Shown one piece after another: positions 36,060 to 46,089 of a DNA stretch of 64,000 nt. The notes beneath the pieces are model-generated. The model saw nothing but the letters and a program-made list of their open reading frames with translations, did not search any database and had not been told where the DNA came from. The position numbers and the translations under genes are program-made. The DNA is from an uncultured bacterium. Its GTDB lineage: Bacteria; Krumholzibacteriota; Krumholzibacteriia; Krumholzibacteriales; Krumholzibacteriaceae. The DNA lies in assembly GCA_964422745.1 (NCBI GenBank), contig CAYRCK010000011.1, positions 5,068 through 69,067 on the forward strand, in the 5' to 3' direction. How positions within the stretch are numbered: position 1 is the stretch's first letter; every line of letters starts with the position of its first letter.

Positions 36060-38240
36060 TCATGCTTTGCTCGTGGCGCGTCTCCTCATGAGCACGGCGG
36101 CAGCGAGAAGCATGGCAAGAACCAGGATCGTCACTACCGGAGCGCTGAACAGAGGTACGGGCACGGGATCCACGATATGAATCAGCTGCACGCACGTATC
36201 GTACGTATCGCCGGCCCAGGCGATGATCGTCAGCGTATCATAATCGCAGGTCTCGGCCAGGGACGCGTCGACCTCACCGTATATCGTCGCACACTCTCCG
36301 CCCGGAACGTCGGTCGCCTGACCGGCCTGGTTCATCGGGGCTCCTACGTGACCCTTGCTCGTGATCAGGAAATCATAGGTCGTAGGAGGAGCGCACGGGT
36401 CGCCGTTGCAGATATCGAACGGCACGAACGCTGGGCTGGCACCCTCCTCGATGTAGAATATGCTGTCCTGAATGATCTCGAGCGCCGGGGGCGCCGGGAC
36501 AACATGCAGGTATAGTGTATCGACATCGTATCCTGCAACGTCCGAGATACAGTCAGGAGAATGCGTGCAATCGCCATCCGGATCACAGTACGAGATGTAC
36601 AAGTAGACCGTATCCCAGTCGCAGACCTCGGCATCGCACGGGGCCTCGACAGTGACCGTCCAGTAGCCGAAGCAGCCGTCTTCTATAAAGAAACAGTCGT
36701 CGAGTTCTCCGCCTACCGTCCATCCCTGGTTCGAGTGCATCCAGAGGCAGGCCGTGTCACCAGGCAGCCCGGCACAGACAGCGATTTGGTCGAATGTGAG
36801 TACCTGTCCGGCGTAGATGTCGGCGTAGTCGCCCAGATCGAGAGGAGGACCGTAAAGCTCGATGGAGCCGTCCTTGATGCAATCCCCTTCCTCCTGCTCG
36901 GGACCCACCCTCAACCGGATACCCACATCACCCATCGCATAACCACCATTATCCAGAGCAGCCCAGGAGGCTCCTGTGCTGCTTACATATGTCTTGTTTG
37001 TCTCCATCGGTCCGCCGTCGTCCATCGGAACCGGATAATTGTAACCCGGTGTCTGGAAATTGATCGTCGGGTAGATCGTGTCCCCCGCGCTTACCGGCAG
37101 GGGGGTCGTCAACGGGATGCTGTAGTAGCCGGCCTCGTTGAATGTGCCGGTCAACGGTCCGGCGAGGATGTTCGTCGGCATTGTTGAACCGTCGAAATCA
37201 TCGTAGATCCAAGCGGTGTAAGTCGTAGGACCTGAAGGAGCCCAGGTAATTATCTCATATACATACTCGTTATCCGCCTGCATCACGTACTGCGCCAGTC
37301 CCCAGTCGTCCGTATCACCGTAGCCGACCGAAGACCACCATCCCCAATCGTCCCAGTAATAGATGGTTTCGTTCGGATCGTATTCCTTGTACTCGGTTAT
37401 GACGTTCGTGTACTCGCCGATGCGGGCATTCTCGTACTGGATGTAGAAGTAGCCGAGTATCCCCCAGCCCGTGCCCCAGGAGTTCTTGCATATCCAGGCA
37501 CCGGCACCGCCGCATTCGTCATCGTCCCATCCGACGATGAGGACGGCGTGGTTCGGATCATCGGTCCCGGTGTAGGTCAGGCACTGCGGCGTACCGTTGT
37601 AGGAGTTGAACGCGGGGAAACCGGCATACAGTGATGTGTAGCAGGGTCCATAGTTCTGTACCGCGTTCTGGATCGCGGGAACATTGTTAGGTATGACTCT
37701 CCACTCTATCACCTGCTCGAAGAAGCTGCATGCGGGATTGACGCATGTAGGGGTCGGACAGCCGCCGGGGTAAGTATCGCATGATTCATCGACCGATCCG
37801 AGCAGCGCCAGATAGTTTGTGGACATCCAAGCGTTTCCACCTGCGTTGCAGTTGGTGTTAGTCGGGTTGCATGCCTGTATGTTGAGCTCGGATAGATCCT
37901 TTGTGATCGATTCATCTATAATGATCTGAGATTCGAGGTTGCCAAGAGCAGCGAAGCACCAGCAAGTCCCGTAGGGATTCTGATTCTTCACCGGTGTCAC
38001 CCCCCCCAACGCACGCCAGTCCCACGTTGAAAGAGGCGCCTGAAGCGTTGAAAGGTAAAGCTGAGTGGGCACAAGGTGGTCCAGGTTCATTGGAGGAGCA
38101 ATAAATCCGTAGTTCTCCTCTGGCGATTCCCATGTAGTCTTAGGCGCTTTGCTGATCGTCTGCGCTATGCTGATCTCTCCTGCCGCCGACAAAAGCGCTA
38201 TGACAGTTACAAGCAGAACCGACAATTTTACATATTTCAT
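36060..38240 (-). CDS. Secreted papain-family (C1A) cysteine peptidase with a long C-terminal extension and a C-terminal TM/Arg-rich anchor-like tail
   Basis: Signal peptide MKYVKLSVLLVTVIALLSAAGE. Catalytic Cys in QNPYGTCWCFAALG, His in NHAVLIVGWDDD and Asn/Trp in NSWGTGWG. The last 34 aa are VPVPLFSAPVVTILVLAMLLAAAVLMRRRATSKA. Confidence 0.8.
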   Translation of the reverse strand: MKYVKLSVLLVTVIALLSAAGEISIAQTISKAPKTTWESPEENYGFIAPPMNLDHLVPTQLYLSTLQAPLSTWDWRALGGVTPVKNQNPYGTCWCFAALGNLESQIIIDESITKDLSELNIQACNPTNTNCNAGGNAWMSTNYLALLGSVDESCDTYPGGCPTPTCVNPACSFFEQVIEWRVIPNNVPAIQNAVQNYGPCYTSLYAGFPAFNSYNGTPQCLTYTGTDDPNHAVLIVGWDDDECGGAGAWICKNSWGTGWGILGYFYIQYENARIGEYTNVITEYKEYDPNETIYYWDDWGWWSSVGYGDTDDWGLAQYVMQADNEYVYEIITWAPSGPTTYTAWIYDDFDGSTMPTNILAGPLTGTFNEAGYYSIPLTTPLPVSAGDTIYPTINFQTPGYNYPVPMDDGGPMETNKTYVSSTGASWAALDNGGYAMGDVGIRLRVGPEQEEGDCIKDGSIELYGPPLDLGDYADIYAGQVLTFDQIAVCAGLPGDTACLWMHSNQGWTVGGELDDCFFIEDGCFGYWTVTVEAPCDAEVCDWDTVYLYISYCDPDGDCTHSPDCISDVAGYDVDTLYLHVVPAPPALEIIQDSIFYIEEGASPAFVPFDICNGDPCAPPTTYDFLITSKGHVGAPMNQAGQATDVPGGECATIYGEVDASLAETCDYDTLTIIAWAGDTYDTCVQLIHIVDPVPVPLFSAPVVTILVLAMLLAAAVLMRRRATSKA

Positions 38241-38746
38241 TAGCTGATCTCCCTTACTGAAAAAGTGCGACGAGGGTAAATGCCGACCAACCTGATAGAA
38301 TTGTTACCACCTCCTCTCGACTCCAGAGTGAGCGATCTTGGCTCGTTTAGTTACCCTCGAAATTGCACCGAATAATCCAATATCGATGCAAGGCATCTTC
38401 CCGTCGCCATAAGTTCGCATATTGTATCACGTTTCACTTATTATTTCAATAGGCTTCTTTCAGGCTCCGTCCCGGTTGATCCCCCAATGCGCAGGATTCG
38501 AGATATTTTCCGGTTTTCCTCCCTCTCCCGTACCGGGACGGGACTACAGCAGCATCAAGAGAAATGCCAGGAATGACAATCAACGGCGGGATGCCCGGCT
38601 CAAGCTCTACCGTACACCATGAACCAAGGACACCTCGGTCCGGGCTCGTTGCATGGATAGGGTGGCGCACGAGGAGCGACGGAGCCTTTTCTATTGCCCG
38701 ATGTCCCTCTTTGGTGTACCTTTGAGCTTCTTCACTCGGTTTCGGG

Positions 38747-40405
38747 ATGGAGTGCTCCATGACTTCAGGCAAAAGATATGTAAAGCTCATGCTTTTGATC
38801 GGCATCGCCGCCATGATCTCGCCTCACGCGATTCAGGCGCAGGATCGCCATTCGGCAAGAATCAGCGCCCTGGGCGGCAAGCACGTCTCGGGGATCATCC
38901 CCGATTTCTACACCGACCTCTTCATCAATCCCGCGTACGCCCTCTTCGCGGACTCGATGACGCTAAGCTACGGCTACAGGAGCGCCGCACTGCCCGCATG
39001 GCCCTACAAGTATCTGGACTATAATCTCGATTTAGAGAACGAAAGTGGTGGGACCTTGCATACGAACGAGTTTATGGCCTACGGCATAGGACTCGGGGGC
39101 TGGAGGCTCGCCGCGGCGGCCGATTGGCGAATATCAGAAGACGAAGGCTCCGATTCATGGCTAACCGACCGCTACACCAGCAACTACTTCGAGTATGTAT
39201 ACCATAATGACTACAGTATCAATAACCTGGAGTTCTGGCGAACCTCGCTGACCGCCGCCCATCCGCTGGGCGGAGGCTCCGCGCTGGGATTCAGGCTCGG
39301 CGGGAAAGGGTACTATAGATCGAACAAGCACCGTTTTAAGTACACAACGGAACAGTTCAACTCCTCCTCCCTATCGAAGACGGATATGGATACAAGAGAT
39401 CGTCTTGATTCAAATACGGAGAGGCACGTCTCAGGATACGCCCAGGCCGGACTGTATCTGGACCGGGGCGGTTCGGGAAGCAGCGAGATCATCCTCAGCC
39501 TGTCGAGAGATCCCGTGTTTTCCGAGCACCACACATATACTCTCTACACCAGCAGGGGATTCAGCAGCCTCCTGGAGGAGATCGATGAGTACAGCTACGA
39601 TCTAGACGAGTGGATGGAACGTCATGATGGAATATCGTGGACATTCTCCCTGACGGGACGCCACAGCTTCCGGTCGGGTCTGAAGCTCTTCGCAAGAGGG
39701 GCCTTCGTTACTTCCACGTACGAGACGGGATGGACGGAGATATTTAACTACTACAGCTGGGATCGTGGAGATGAGAGCAATATGCTGAACACTCTCGGTT
39801 TGCCGGGTGACGGGCGGTCGAAGAACATGCTCTTCATAGCAAAGGCGGGAAAAACTCACTGCATAAGACGTTCCCTGAATATCACTGCCGCGATCAAGTG
39901 CGCCTTAGAGAGGTCCTGGGCGGATGAGAAGGCAGACGGACGGTTCGACATGTTCTCGGAGAAGGAAGTAGTAAACGAATACCGGTACATATCCGTACCG
40001 GTGCCGATCGATATCAATTATTCAGAAACGGATGCCGCTCTTATAGTCCCCGTAGCGGTTGAGTTCGAGCCCTGCAGGTATTTCTCTTGTTTCGCGGGCT
40101 TCTATTCGAGAATCGTATGGAGGGATAGAAATGAGAGGATCTCCTTCGAGATACCCTTCGATCCACTGAGCATAGAGTCCCGGTCCCGGCGTGCTTCCGT
40201 TTATGCGTCCGGCCAGACCGAGTACTTCGATTACGGCGACAGATCCATGAGCGACAGCGGTGAGATCTTCGAAAGCGATTATACCGCGACCTTCGGATTT
40301 TCCCTCCACTACGGTGAAAGGCTGTTCTTCGACGTCTGCACCGGTTCGGATCTCACTCCGGACAACGTAACGTCCATGATAATGGACGTGCGCTACAGAT
40401 TCTAG
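38747..40405 (+). CDS. Secreted protein, probably an outer-membrane beta-barrel
   Basis: Signal peptide (MTSGKRYVKLMLLIGIAAMISPHAIQAQD) and amphipathic beta-strand periodicity. The C-terminus ...DVRYRF ends in Phe, as OMP barrels do. It is divergent from the protease gene. Confidence 0.5.
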   Translation: MECSMTSGKRYVKLMLLIGIAAMISPHAIQAQDRHSARISALGGKHVSGIIPDFYTDLFINPAYALFADSMTLSYGYRSAALPAWPYKYLDYNLDLENESGGTLHTNEFMAYGIGLGGWRLAAAADWRISEDEGSDSWLTDRYTSNYFEYVYHNDYSINNLEFWRTSLTAAHPLGGGSALGFRLGGKGYYRSNKHRFKYTTEQFNSSSLSKTDMDTRDRLDSNTERHVSGYAQAGLYLDRGGSGSSEIILSLSRDPVFSEHHTYTLYTSRGFSSLLEEIDEYSYDLDEWMERHDGISWTFSLTGRHSFRSGLKLFARGAFVTSTYETGWTEIFNYYSWDRGDESNMLNTLGLPGDGRSKNMLFIAKAGKTHCIRRSLNITAAIKCALERSWADEKADGRFDMFSEKEVVNEYRYISVPVPIDINYSETDAALIVPVAVEFEPCRYFSCFAGFYSRIVWRDRNERISFEIPFDPLSIESRSRRASVYASGQTEYFDYGDRSMSDSGEIFESDYTATFGFSLHYGERLFFDVCTGSDLTPDNVTSMIMDVRYRF

Positions 40406-42129
40406 GGGCCACCGCCCGGCTCGAATTCCTCGGGCAGCTTCCGATTCATGATGAGCTCGCTGCGCCGGTTGAACCTGCGTCCGATCATCCTGTAAAGGAG
40501 GCGCGCGGCGGTATCCTCGACGGTTCTCCCCGAGAACAATCCCCGTAGAAGCCCGATCCTTCCAGGCATGTGAATCATGTGGACGCCTTCGGGATCATCG
40601 ATGCCGGCCAGCTCGCATGCGACCTCGAACGCCCTGTCGATCCCGCCCGTCCCGTCCACGAGACCCACCTCTTCGGCCTGACGCCCTGTCCATACACGAC
40701 CCCTTGCGACGGAATCGACCTCACCGATCCTCATATCGCGGAACCGCGCTATCTCCTCTATCCAGTTCCTGTAGAACTCCCAGTGCTCCTCCCTCAGCAC
40801 ATCCCATTCCGACTCAGAGAAATCACGGTAATCGGATAAAATGAGCGCATTGTCCCCGACGCCCATCTCATCCTTGGTAACGCCTATCTTACCGTAAAGG
40901 CCCCTCATGTTCATCTTTCCTGTGATAGATCCTATAGAGCCCGTTATGCTCGAAGGCATGGCTATTATGCGGTCGGCCCGGTACGCGATCTCGTATCCCC
41001 CCGATGCCGCCACGTCGGACATCGACACGACAACCGGCTTCACCCTCGATGTCATCTCCACCTCTCGCGATATCATGCCGCCCGCGATCCCGTCACCGCC
41101 CGGTGAATCGATCCTGAGGATGACGGCCTTTATCCTGCCGTTCCTGCGGGCCCTTTTGAGCTCTCTTATCACGGTCTCCGTTCCCGCCGTCTGACCGGTG
41201 AACGCGTCCCACCCCCTTTCCCCCATGACTATCTCCCCCTGGGCATGAACAACAGCCACCGCGGGCCCCGAACCCGACCCGTACGCCGGGCCATAACCTT
41301 TGAGGTAGTCAGACGCCGGAATTATGCCCACATCCCCGCCCTCGAGGGAACCCCTCACCTGATCCCAGTGGCGCATCCCGTCTATCAAGCCGTTCTCGAG
41401 CGCTCTTCTCGGGCTGTAGAGCCCCCTGTCGATCCACGTCCTGACGGTGTCCTCGCTACGCCCGCGGTCGGAGGCGACAGAGGCGACGAAGCCCTCGTAC
41501 ATATCCTCAAGCAGCCACTGGGTCATCCGCCTCGACTCCGGCGTTCGCCCGGTTTCGGTGATCATTTCTGCCGCCGACTTGTAATCCCCTATCCTGTGGA
41601 TGTTCGGGTTGATGCCGAGCTTGTCCAGCATGCCGCGGATGAACACCGCACTCGAGGCCGGACCCGGTATAACCAGGTAACCGCTCGGAGGCATGAAGAT
41701 CGAATCTGCGCCGCATGCGAGCATGTAATGGTTGCCGACGAGAACCGGTGAATATGCGATGACCTTTTTCCCCGTTTCCCTGAACGAGCCGAGAGCCGCC
41801 CTTATCTCCCCGCATTTCGCCGCACCGGCTCCCGACGGGAAGATACGCAGTATCAGAGCCTGGACCCGGCCGTCCTCCGAAGCCCTCTTTATCGTCGACA
41901 GGATACCGGTCAGATCCGGCTCCCTCTCCGTGAAGATCGATAGTGGTGTGGAGTAGGGCTGATAGTCCAGAAGCTCTCCATCGATATCGATGACGACCAC
42001 GGCATTTCCGCCTTTCAACGCGGAGCCCGCATCCTTCCCCATCAGTCCTATCAGCGCGACAACCGGAACAACGACCAGAAATAGCGCGAAGAACAGGAAC
42101 AACAACAGCTGTTTCCATTGTCTGGACAT
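40402..42129 (-). CDS. sppA: Signal peptide peptidase SppA, 67K type (two tandem S49 domains)
   Basis: N-terminal TM anchor and two ClpP/crotonase-like S49 repeats, with the Ser motif in MSDVAASGGYEIAY. Confidence 0.8.
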   Translation of the reverse strand: MSRQWKQLLLFLFFALFLVVVPVVALIGLMGKDAGSALKGGNAVVVIDIDGELLDYQPYSTPLSIFTEREPDLTGILSTIKRASEDGRVQALILRIFPSGAGAAKCGEIRAALGSFRETGKKVIAYSPVLVGNHYMLACGADSIFMPPSGYLVIPGPASSAVFIRGMLDKLGINPNIHRIGDYKSAAEMITETGRTPESRRMTQWLLEDMYEGFVASVASDRGRSEDTVRTWIDRGLYSPRRALENGLIDGMRHWDQVRGSLEGGDVGIIPASDYLKGYGPAYGSGSGPAVAVVHAQGEIVMGERGWDAFTGQTAGTETVIRELKRARRNGRIKAVILRIDSPGGDGIAGGMISREVEMTSRVKPVVVSMSDVAASGGYEIAYRADRIIAMPSSITGSIGSITGKMNMRGLYGKIGVTKDEMGVGDNALILSDYRDFSESEWDVLREEHWEFYRNWIEEIARFRDMRIGEVDSVARGRVWTGRQAEEVGLVDGTGGIDRAFEVACELAGIDDPEGVHMIHMPGRIGLLRGLFSGRTVEDTAARLLYRMIGRRFNRRSELIMNRKLPEEFEPGGGP

Positions 42130-42204
42130 AACTCGCCCCCCTTGGTTTCGAACGAGATCCGCTTGTATCCATGATGGTGATCTAATCTTAGAAGTCGGCC
42201 GTCT

Positions 42205-44640
42205 TCAGCTCTTTGCTGCGATCTCCTGCCTCATCGCGATGAGAACCGCCAGCGAGATCGAGGCCAGCTTCGAACGGGCCGAATCCCCCCTGGACGTCAG
42301 TATTATAGGAACGCCCCCGCCTACAACCGCACCGGCCAGGTTGGCGCCCGAGGAAACGGTCAGGGTCTTGTATACGACATTCCCGGCTTCTATATCGGGC
42401 ATGAGCAGGATATCGGCGTTTCCACTAATCTTTCCCGTGTAATGCTTCTCCTCGGCCGAGCGTGGATCCAACGCCACATCGAGCGACAGCGGACCCTCCA
42501 CTATGCAGTCCGTGCGGTCGCGGTACCCCTCCGCAAACTCTCCCGCCAGTATGGAGGACTGCACACTTGGATTCCTGGTCTCCACGGCGGAGATAACCGC
42601 GACCTTAGGCGTTTTTATATTGAGGTAACCGGCCACGGCAAGAGCATTCTCCAGGATCAACTTCTTCAACTCCTGATCGGGATGAGGCGTCACGGCCGCA
42701 TCGGTCACTATGAGCAGCTTGGGATACGCCGGAAACTGGAAAACTCCGACATGACTGTATACCTTTCCCTTCTCGAGCCGTCCGCTGCTCTTCATATAAC
42801 GCAGGGCGCCTCTCATGATCTCATCCGTTTTCACTCCACCCTTCATCAGAAGATCGACCTGGCCCGAATCAAGGAGCTCTATCGCCTTCTCAACTGGTTT
42901 GTCGGTATCGATGATCATGTAATTTTCATCGTCGACCTTGATGTCGTACTCCCACGCCAGCTTGTTCACTTCGTAGAAATCGCCCACGAGCAGGAATTTC
43001 GCTATAGGATACCTTCCCTCCTCGTTGGCCTGTTTGGCGGCGGCGACGGCATCCTCGTTCTCGGCTCCGACCAAAGCTATCCGGGGGGCCCTGTGCATGG
43101 CGACGAGGGACCTGGCCGCGTAGATAACCTCATCGAGGCTCGTGATGGGCTCGTTCTCCTTCTTGCGAAGATGGGGATGCGCGAATATTTCAGTATCCAG
43201 AAACTCCTTCTCACCCGCCCGCTTCTTCCTCAGGGCGTCCCGCTCGACCCTGTAGTCCTTCAATTCCTCACGGAGAAACCGCGCCCTCATGTGCCCGGCT
43301 ATCATGGACTCGTGCTCCACGGAGCCCGGAACGACGGCCACCGGGAAATAAGGATAAAGCTTGCGTCTTATAATCCCGGAGAACTCGGTGCTCTTGGACA
43401 GACCTCCGGTCAATATCACGGCATCGATCGCACCCTCTACGGCGGCCAGCTTCATTACCTCCCCGGCGATATTGCGGGCCAGAAAGTCCACGACAACCTT
43501 GATCTTCTCCCGCTGCCTCTGAACCGCCCCCGTATCCATGAAATGCATCAGGGCGCGGAAATCGTTAGTGCCGGCCAAGTCGACAAGCCCCCCTTCTCCG
43601 AACAGGTACCTACTGAGCTCCTGTAGGGTCAGTTTCCTGCTGTCCAATGCTCTCATCAGGCAGTCGAGAGGAATGTTGCCGCACCTGTTCGCGCTGGGCA
43701 CCCCGGAGAAGGCGTTCACTATATCGACTATCTCCCCGTTCTTATGCCTGCCTATGGAGATGCCCCCCCCTATGTGAGCGCTCACTGTAGTGATCTCATC
43801 ACGCTCGTAGCCGAGCAGGTGGCAGAAGAGCCCGTGAACAGCCCTGTGGTTCAGATAGTGGGCCCCCGCCCCGTCTCTCAGAATCTTCCTTATACCGGTC
43901 AATCTGGCCGTGATCTCCATCTCGTCCGTTGCGACCGGATCGCTCATCGTTATCAGCAGATCTCCCCCTCCGGCGAGCCTCTCTCCGAGCTTCAATCCAA
44001 TCGGGATCGCCATGTTGGATGCATGATCGATCCTCGGTTCCTCGAGATCCTTCACCATCTCGTCACAGACCTCGTAAGTGCCGGACGGCACCGGTTGGAC
44101 AAAGCCGCCGCGGCACACTATTCCGGTTAGCCCCCCGGGGACTATACCACGCTCGTCGATCCACTCCACTATAGCCTTTGTTCTGTTCTCGACACCGTCG
44201 TCGAAATCAGGAGGAATATGAACCTCGTCGGCCGCTTCGAGTTCGAAGCCCCTGAAAAGCGCCAGCTTCGTAGAAGTCGATCCGGGATTCACGCACAGCA
44301 CCAGCTCCGATTCCGCCTCTTCGGGGATCTTCTCCCTTCCGTACAGGGCCGAGATGATCCTTCGTGTACCGCTCTTCGATGACATTATGAGTTGGATCAG
44401 GTGCGAGAACAGGTTCCCCCACGCCTCTTCCCAGTCGGAGGACAGGATGGGCGGCCTGGAGGAACTCACAACGGACCTAAGAAGCTCGAACAACTCCTCC
44501 TCCGTTGCGGCCTTGCCGTAATGAACAGAGTTAACGGCCTCCGCTACTTCACGCTCGATATCATTCGATCCGCCTATGCCGCGTATCACCCGAAGCAGTG
44601 CATTCAATTGTGATTCTGCGATTCTGAGCTGGTCTTCCAA
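42205..44640 (-). CDS. Fused butyrate kinase (Buk) and phosphate butyryltransferase (Ptb), with an N-terminal domain of about 115 aa of unknown function
   Basis: Residues about 120-480 carry ASKHA/Buk motifs (LVLCVNPGSTSTKLALF, SAHIGGGISIG, ILTGGLSKS). Residues about 500-811 form the PTA_PTB family (MIIDTDKPVEKAIELLDSGQVDLLMKGG ... AVISAVETRN ... GNADILLMPDIEAGNVVYK). One continuous 811 aa frame has no internal stop. Confidence 0.8.
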   Translation of the reverse strand: MEDQLRIAESQLNALLRVIRGIGGSNDIEREVAEAVNSVHYGKAATEEELFELLRSVVSSSRPPILSSDWEEAWGNLFSHLIQLIMSSKSGTRRIISALYGREKIPEEAESELVLCVNPGSTSTKLALFRGFELEAADEVHIPPDFDDGVENRTKAIVEWIDERGIVPGGLTGIVCRGGFVQPVPSGTYEVCDEMVKDLEEPRIDHASNMAIPIGLKLGERLAGGGDLLITMSDPVATDEMEITARLTGIRKILRDGAGAHYLNHRAVHGLFCHLLGYERDEITTVSAHIGGGISIGRHKNGEIVDIVNAFSGVPSANRCGNIPLDCLMRALDSRKLTLQELSRYLFGEGGLVDLAGTNDFRALMHFMDTGAVQRQREKIKVVVDFLARNIAGEVMKLAAVEGAIDAVILTGGLSKSTEFSGIIRRKLYPYFPVAVVPGSVEHESMIAGHMRARFLREELKDYRVERDALRKKRAGEKEFLDTEIFAHPHLRKKENEPITSLDEVIYAARSLVAMHRAPRIALVGAENEDAVAAAKQANEEGRYPIAKFLLVGDFYEVNKLAWEYDIKVDDENYMIIDTDKPVEKAIELLDSGQVDLLMKGGVKTDEIMRGALRYMKSSGRLEKGKVYSHVGVFQFPAYPKLLIVTDAAVTPHPDQELKKLILENALAVAGYLNIKTPKVAVISAVETRNPSVQSSILAGEFAEGYRDRTDCIVEGPLSLDVALDPRSAEEKHYTGKISGNADILLMPDIEAGNVVYKTLTVSSGANLAGAVVGGGVPIILTSRGDSARSKLASISLAVLIAMRQEIAAKS

Positions 44641-44925
44641 AACTCACCTTTTCTCTGAAGCGGCAGGGAGGGCGCTGCGTTTCGAAATACTATCCGCTCC
44701 CCGCAATCTTGATATAGGATTTGTTATTAACTTCATCGACGGATCCATGGCTTCTCCTCAAACAGCCTTTCGAATCGGGATTCTTCCATACACCGAGCCG
44801 GCGCTGGAACTCAGGGATCGATAATCCGCACGGAACCTGGAACCGCGGTATAACCGATGCCCCGGATTCGGATGATAAATATATACTCCCTCAGAATAAA
44901 ACCCAAGTTTTATCGAATTGTCAGG

Positions 44926-46089
44926 TCATCGGTTCCGGTCCTGCAGCAGAGGAAGTATCCCACGGCGGTAATTTGAGATCATATCCTGTGTGTAGTGCTC
45001 CAGCCTCTCTTTCTCCGGTCCCGATAAATAAATCCTCATATCCCTGAGATCCGAGTCTTCGATCGAGCTGTCTCCCAAGAATACGCCGCCGAGGGCTCCT
45101 CCATAGCCGCTCTGCTCTATCCCCTTACCTGCCAGTTCGGCCCAGAGAAGGGTCCAGCTCTTTGTAACATCCTGCTGGTTGTAACCACCGCCGCCAAGGG
45201 CCACTATCGCCGGAAATTCCCCGTGCAGGATCTCCACGGCCTCGATATAACCGTTATTCGTCAACCTGAGATGTGTAAGGGGATCAGTGGAGAGCATGTC
45301 GGTGCCGAACTGACCGACTATAACCTCGGGGTCGAAGATCCGAAGCGCATCCATAACGATATCATTGAACAGACGTAGAAAGTTATCGTCATCGGTGCCC
45401 GGCTCGAGCGGCACGTTGATGTTATAACCCATTGCATCCCCCTCACCAACCTCCCAATCGAATCCGCCCCAGGGGAAGAGTGTCTTGCCTGACTCGTGCA
45501 TCGAGACGGTCAGAACCGATCTATCGCCGAAATACGCATGCTGGACGGCATCTCCATGGTGGGCGTCTATATCGACATACGCGACCCTTCTGCCCCTCTT
45601 CCTCAACTCGTCTATGGCGATGGCAACATCGTTAACGTAGCAAAATCCCGCCGCCCTGTCCGGGTAGGCATGATGAAAACCGCCGCACGGGTTGAACGCG
45701 CTTCCGCCCGAATCAGCAACGAGCCTGGCCGCGGTCAGGCTCGCGGTGGCTGAAAGGGCCGAAAACTCGAAGACGCCCTCGAACACTGGATTCTCCGCGG
45801 GTCCTATACCGTGGTGGATCATATCGAGGTCCACATCATCGCCCCTGTCCGCCCTTCTCAGCGCCTCGATGTAATCCTTTGTATGAAACCGTTCGAGCAC
45901 ACGATCCTCTGCATTCTCGATCTCGACGACGCTTATGCCTGCGCCGTCGAGCAGACCTCTCCTTCTGCACATTTCGTACACGGATGTCTGCCTGTCCGGC
46001 CTGAACGGATGCTCCTGACTGAACTGGAACTCGCCGCACCTTCTGGCTATCACGAATGAGGCCTTCGCACCCGATGGTCGGTCATCCAT
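44926..46089 (-). CDS. Histone-deacetylase-superfamily protein (AcuC / acetoin-utilisation-type lysine deacetylase)
   Basis: HDAC motifs GGFHHAYPDRAAGFCYVNDVAIAI, DIDAHHGDAVQHAYF and GGGGY. The start is set at MDDRPSG, whose ATG overlaps the stop of the upstream CoAT-GNAT gene by 1 nt. Confidence 0.8.
   Translation of the reverse strand: MDDRPSGAKASFVIARRCGEFQFSQEHPFRPDRQTSVYEMCRRRGLLDGAGISVVEIENAEDRVLERFHTKDYIEALRRADRGDDVDLDMIHHGIGPAENPVFEGVFEFSALSATASLTAARLVADSGGSAFNPCGGFHHAYPDRAAGFCYVNDVAIAIDELRKRGRRVAYVDIDAHHGDAVQHAYFGDRSVLTVSMHESGKTLFPWGGFDWEVGEGDAMGYNINVPLEPGTDDDNFLRLFNDIVMDALRIFDPEVIVGQFGTDMLSTDPLTHLRLTNNGYIEAVEILHGEFPAIVALGGGGYNQQDVTKSWTLLWAELAGKGIEQSGYGGALGGVFLGDSSIEDSDLRDMRIYLSGPEKERLEHYTQDMISNYRRGILPLLQDRNR

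Noticed and set aside
36561-37187. Plus-strand ORF of 208 aa and other ORFs inside the C1 protease gene
   Set aside because: They are antisense to the protease gene. The protease frame carries the catalytic Cys/His/Asn motifs and a signal peptide.
42442-43626. Plus-strand ORF of 394 aa antisense to buk-ptb
   Set aside because: The opposite strand encodes clear Buk and Ptb motifs. This frame is His/Leu/Arg-rich antisense noise.
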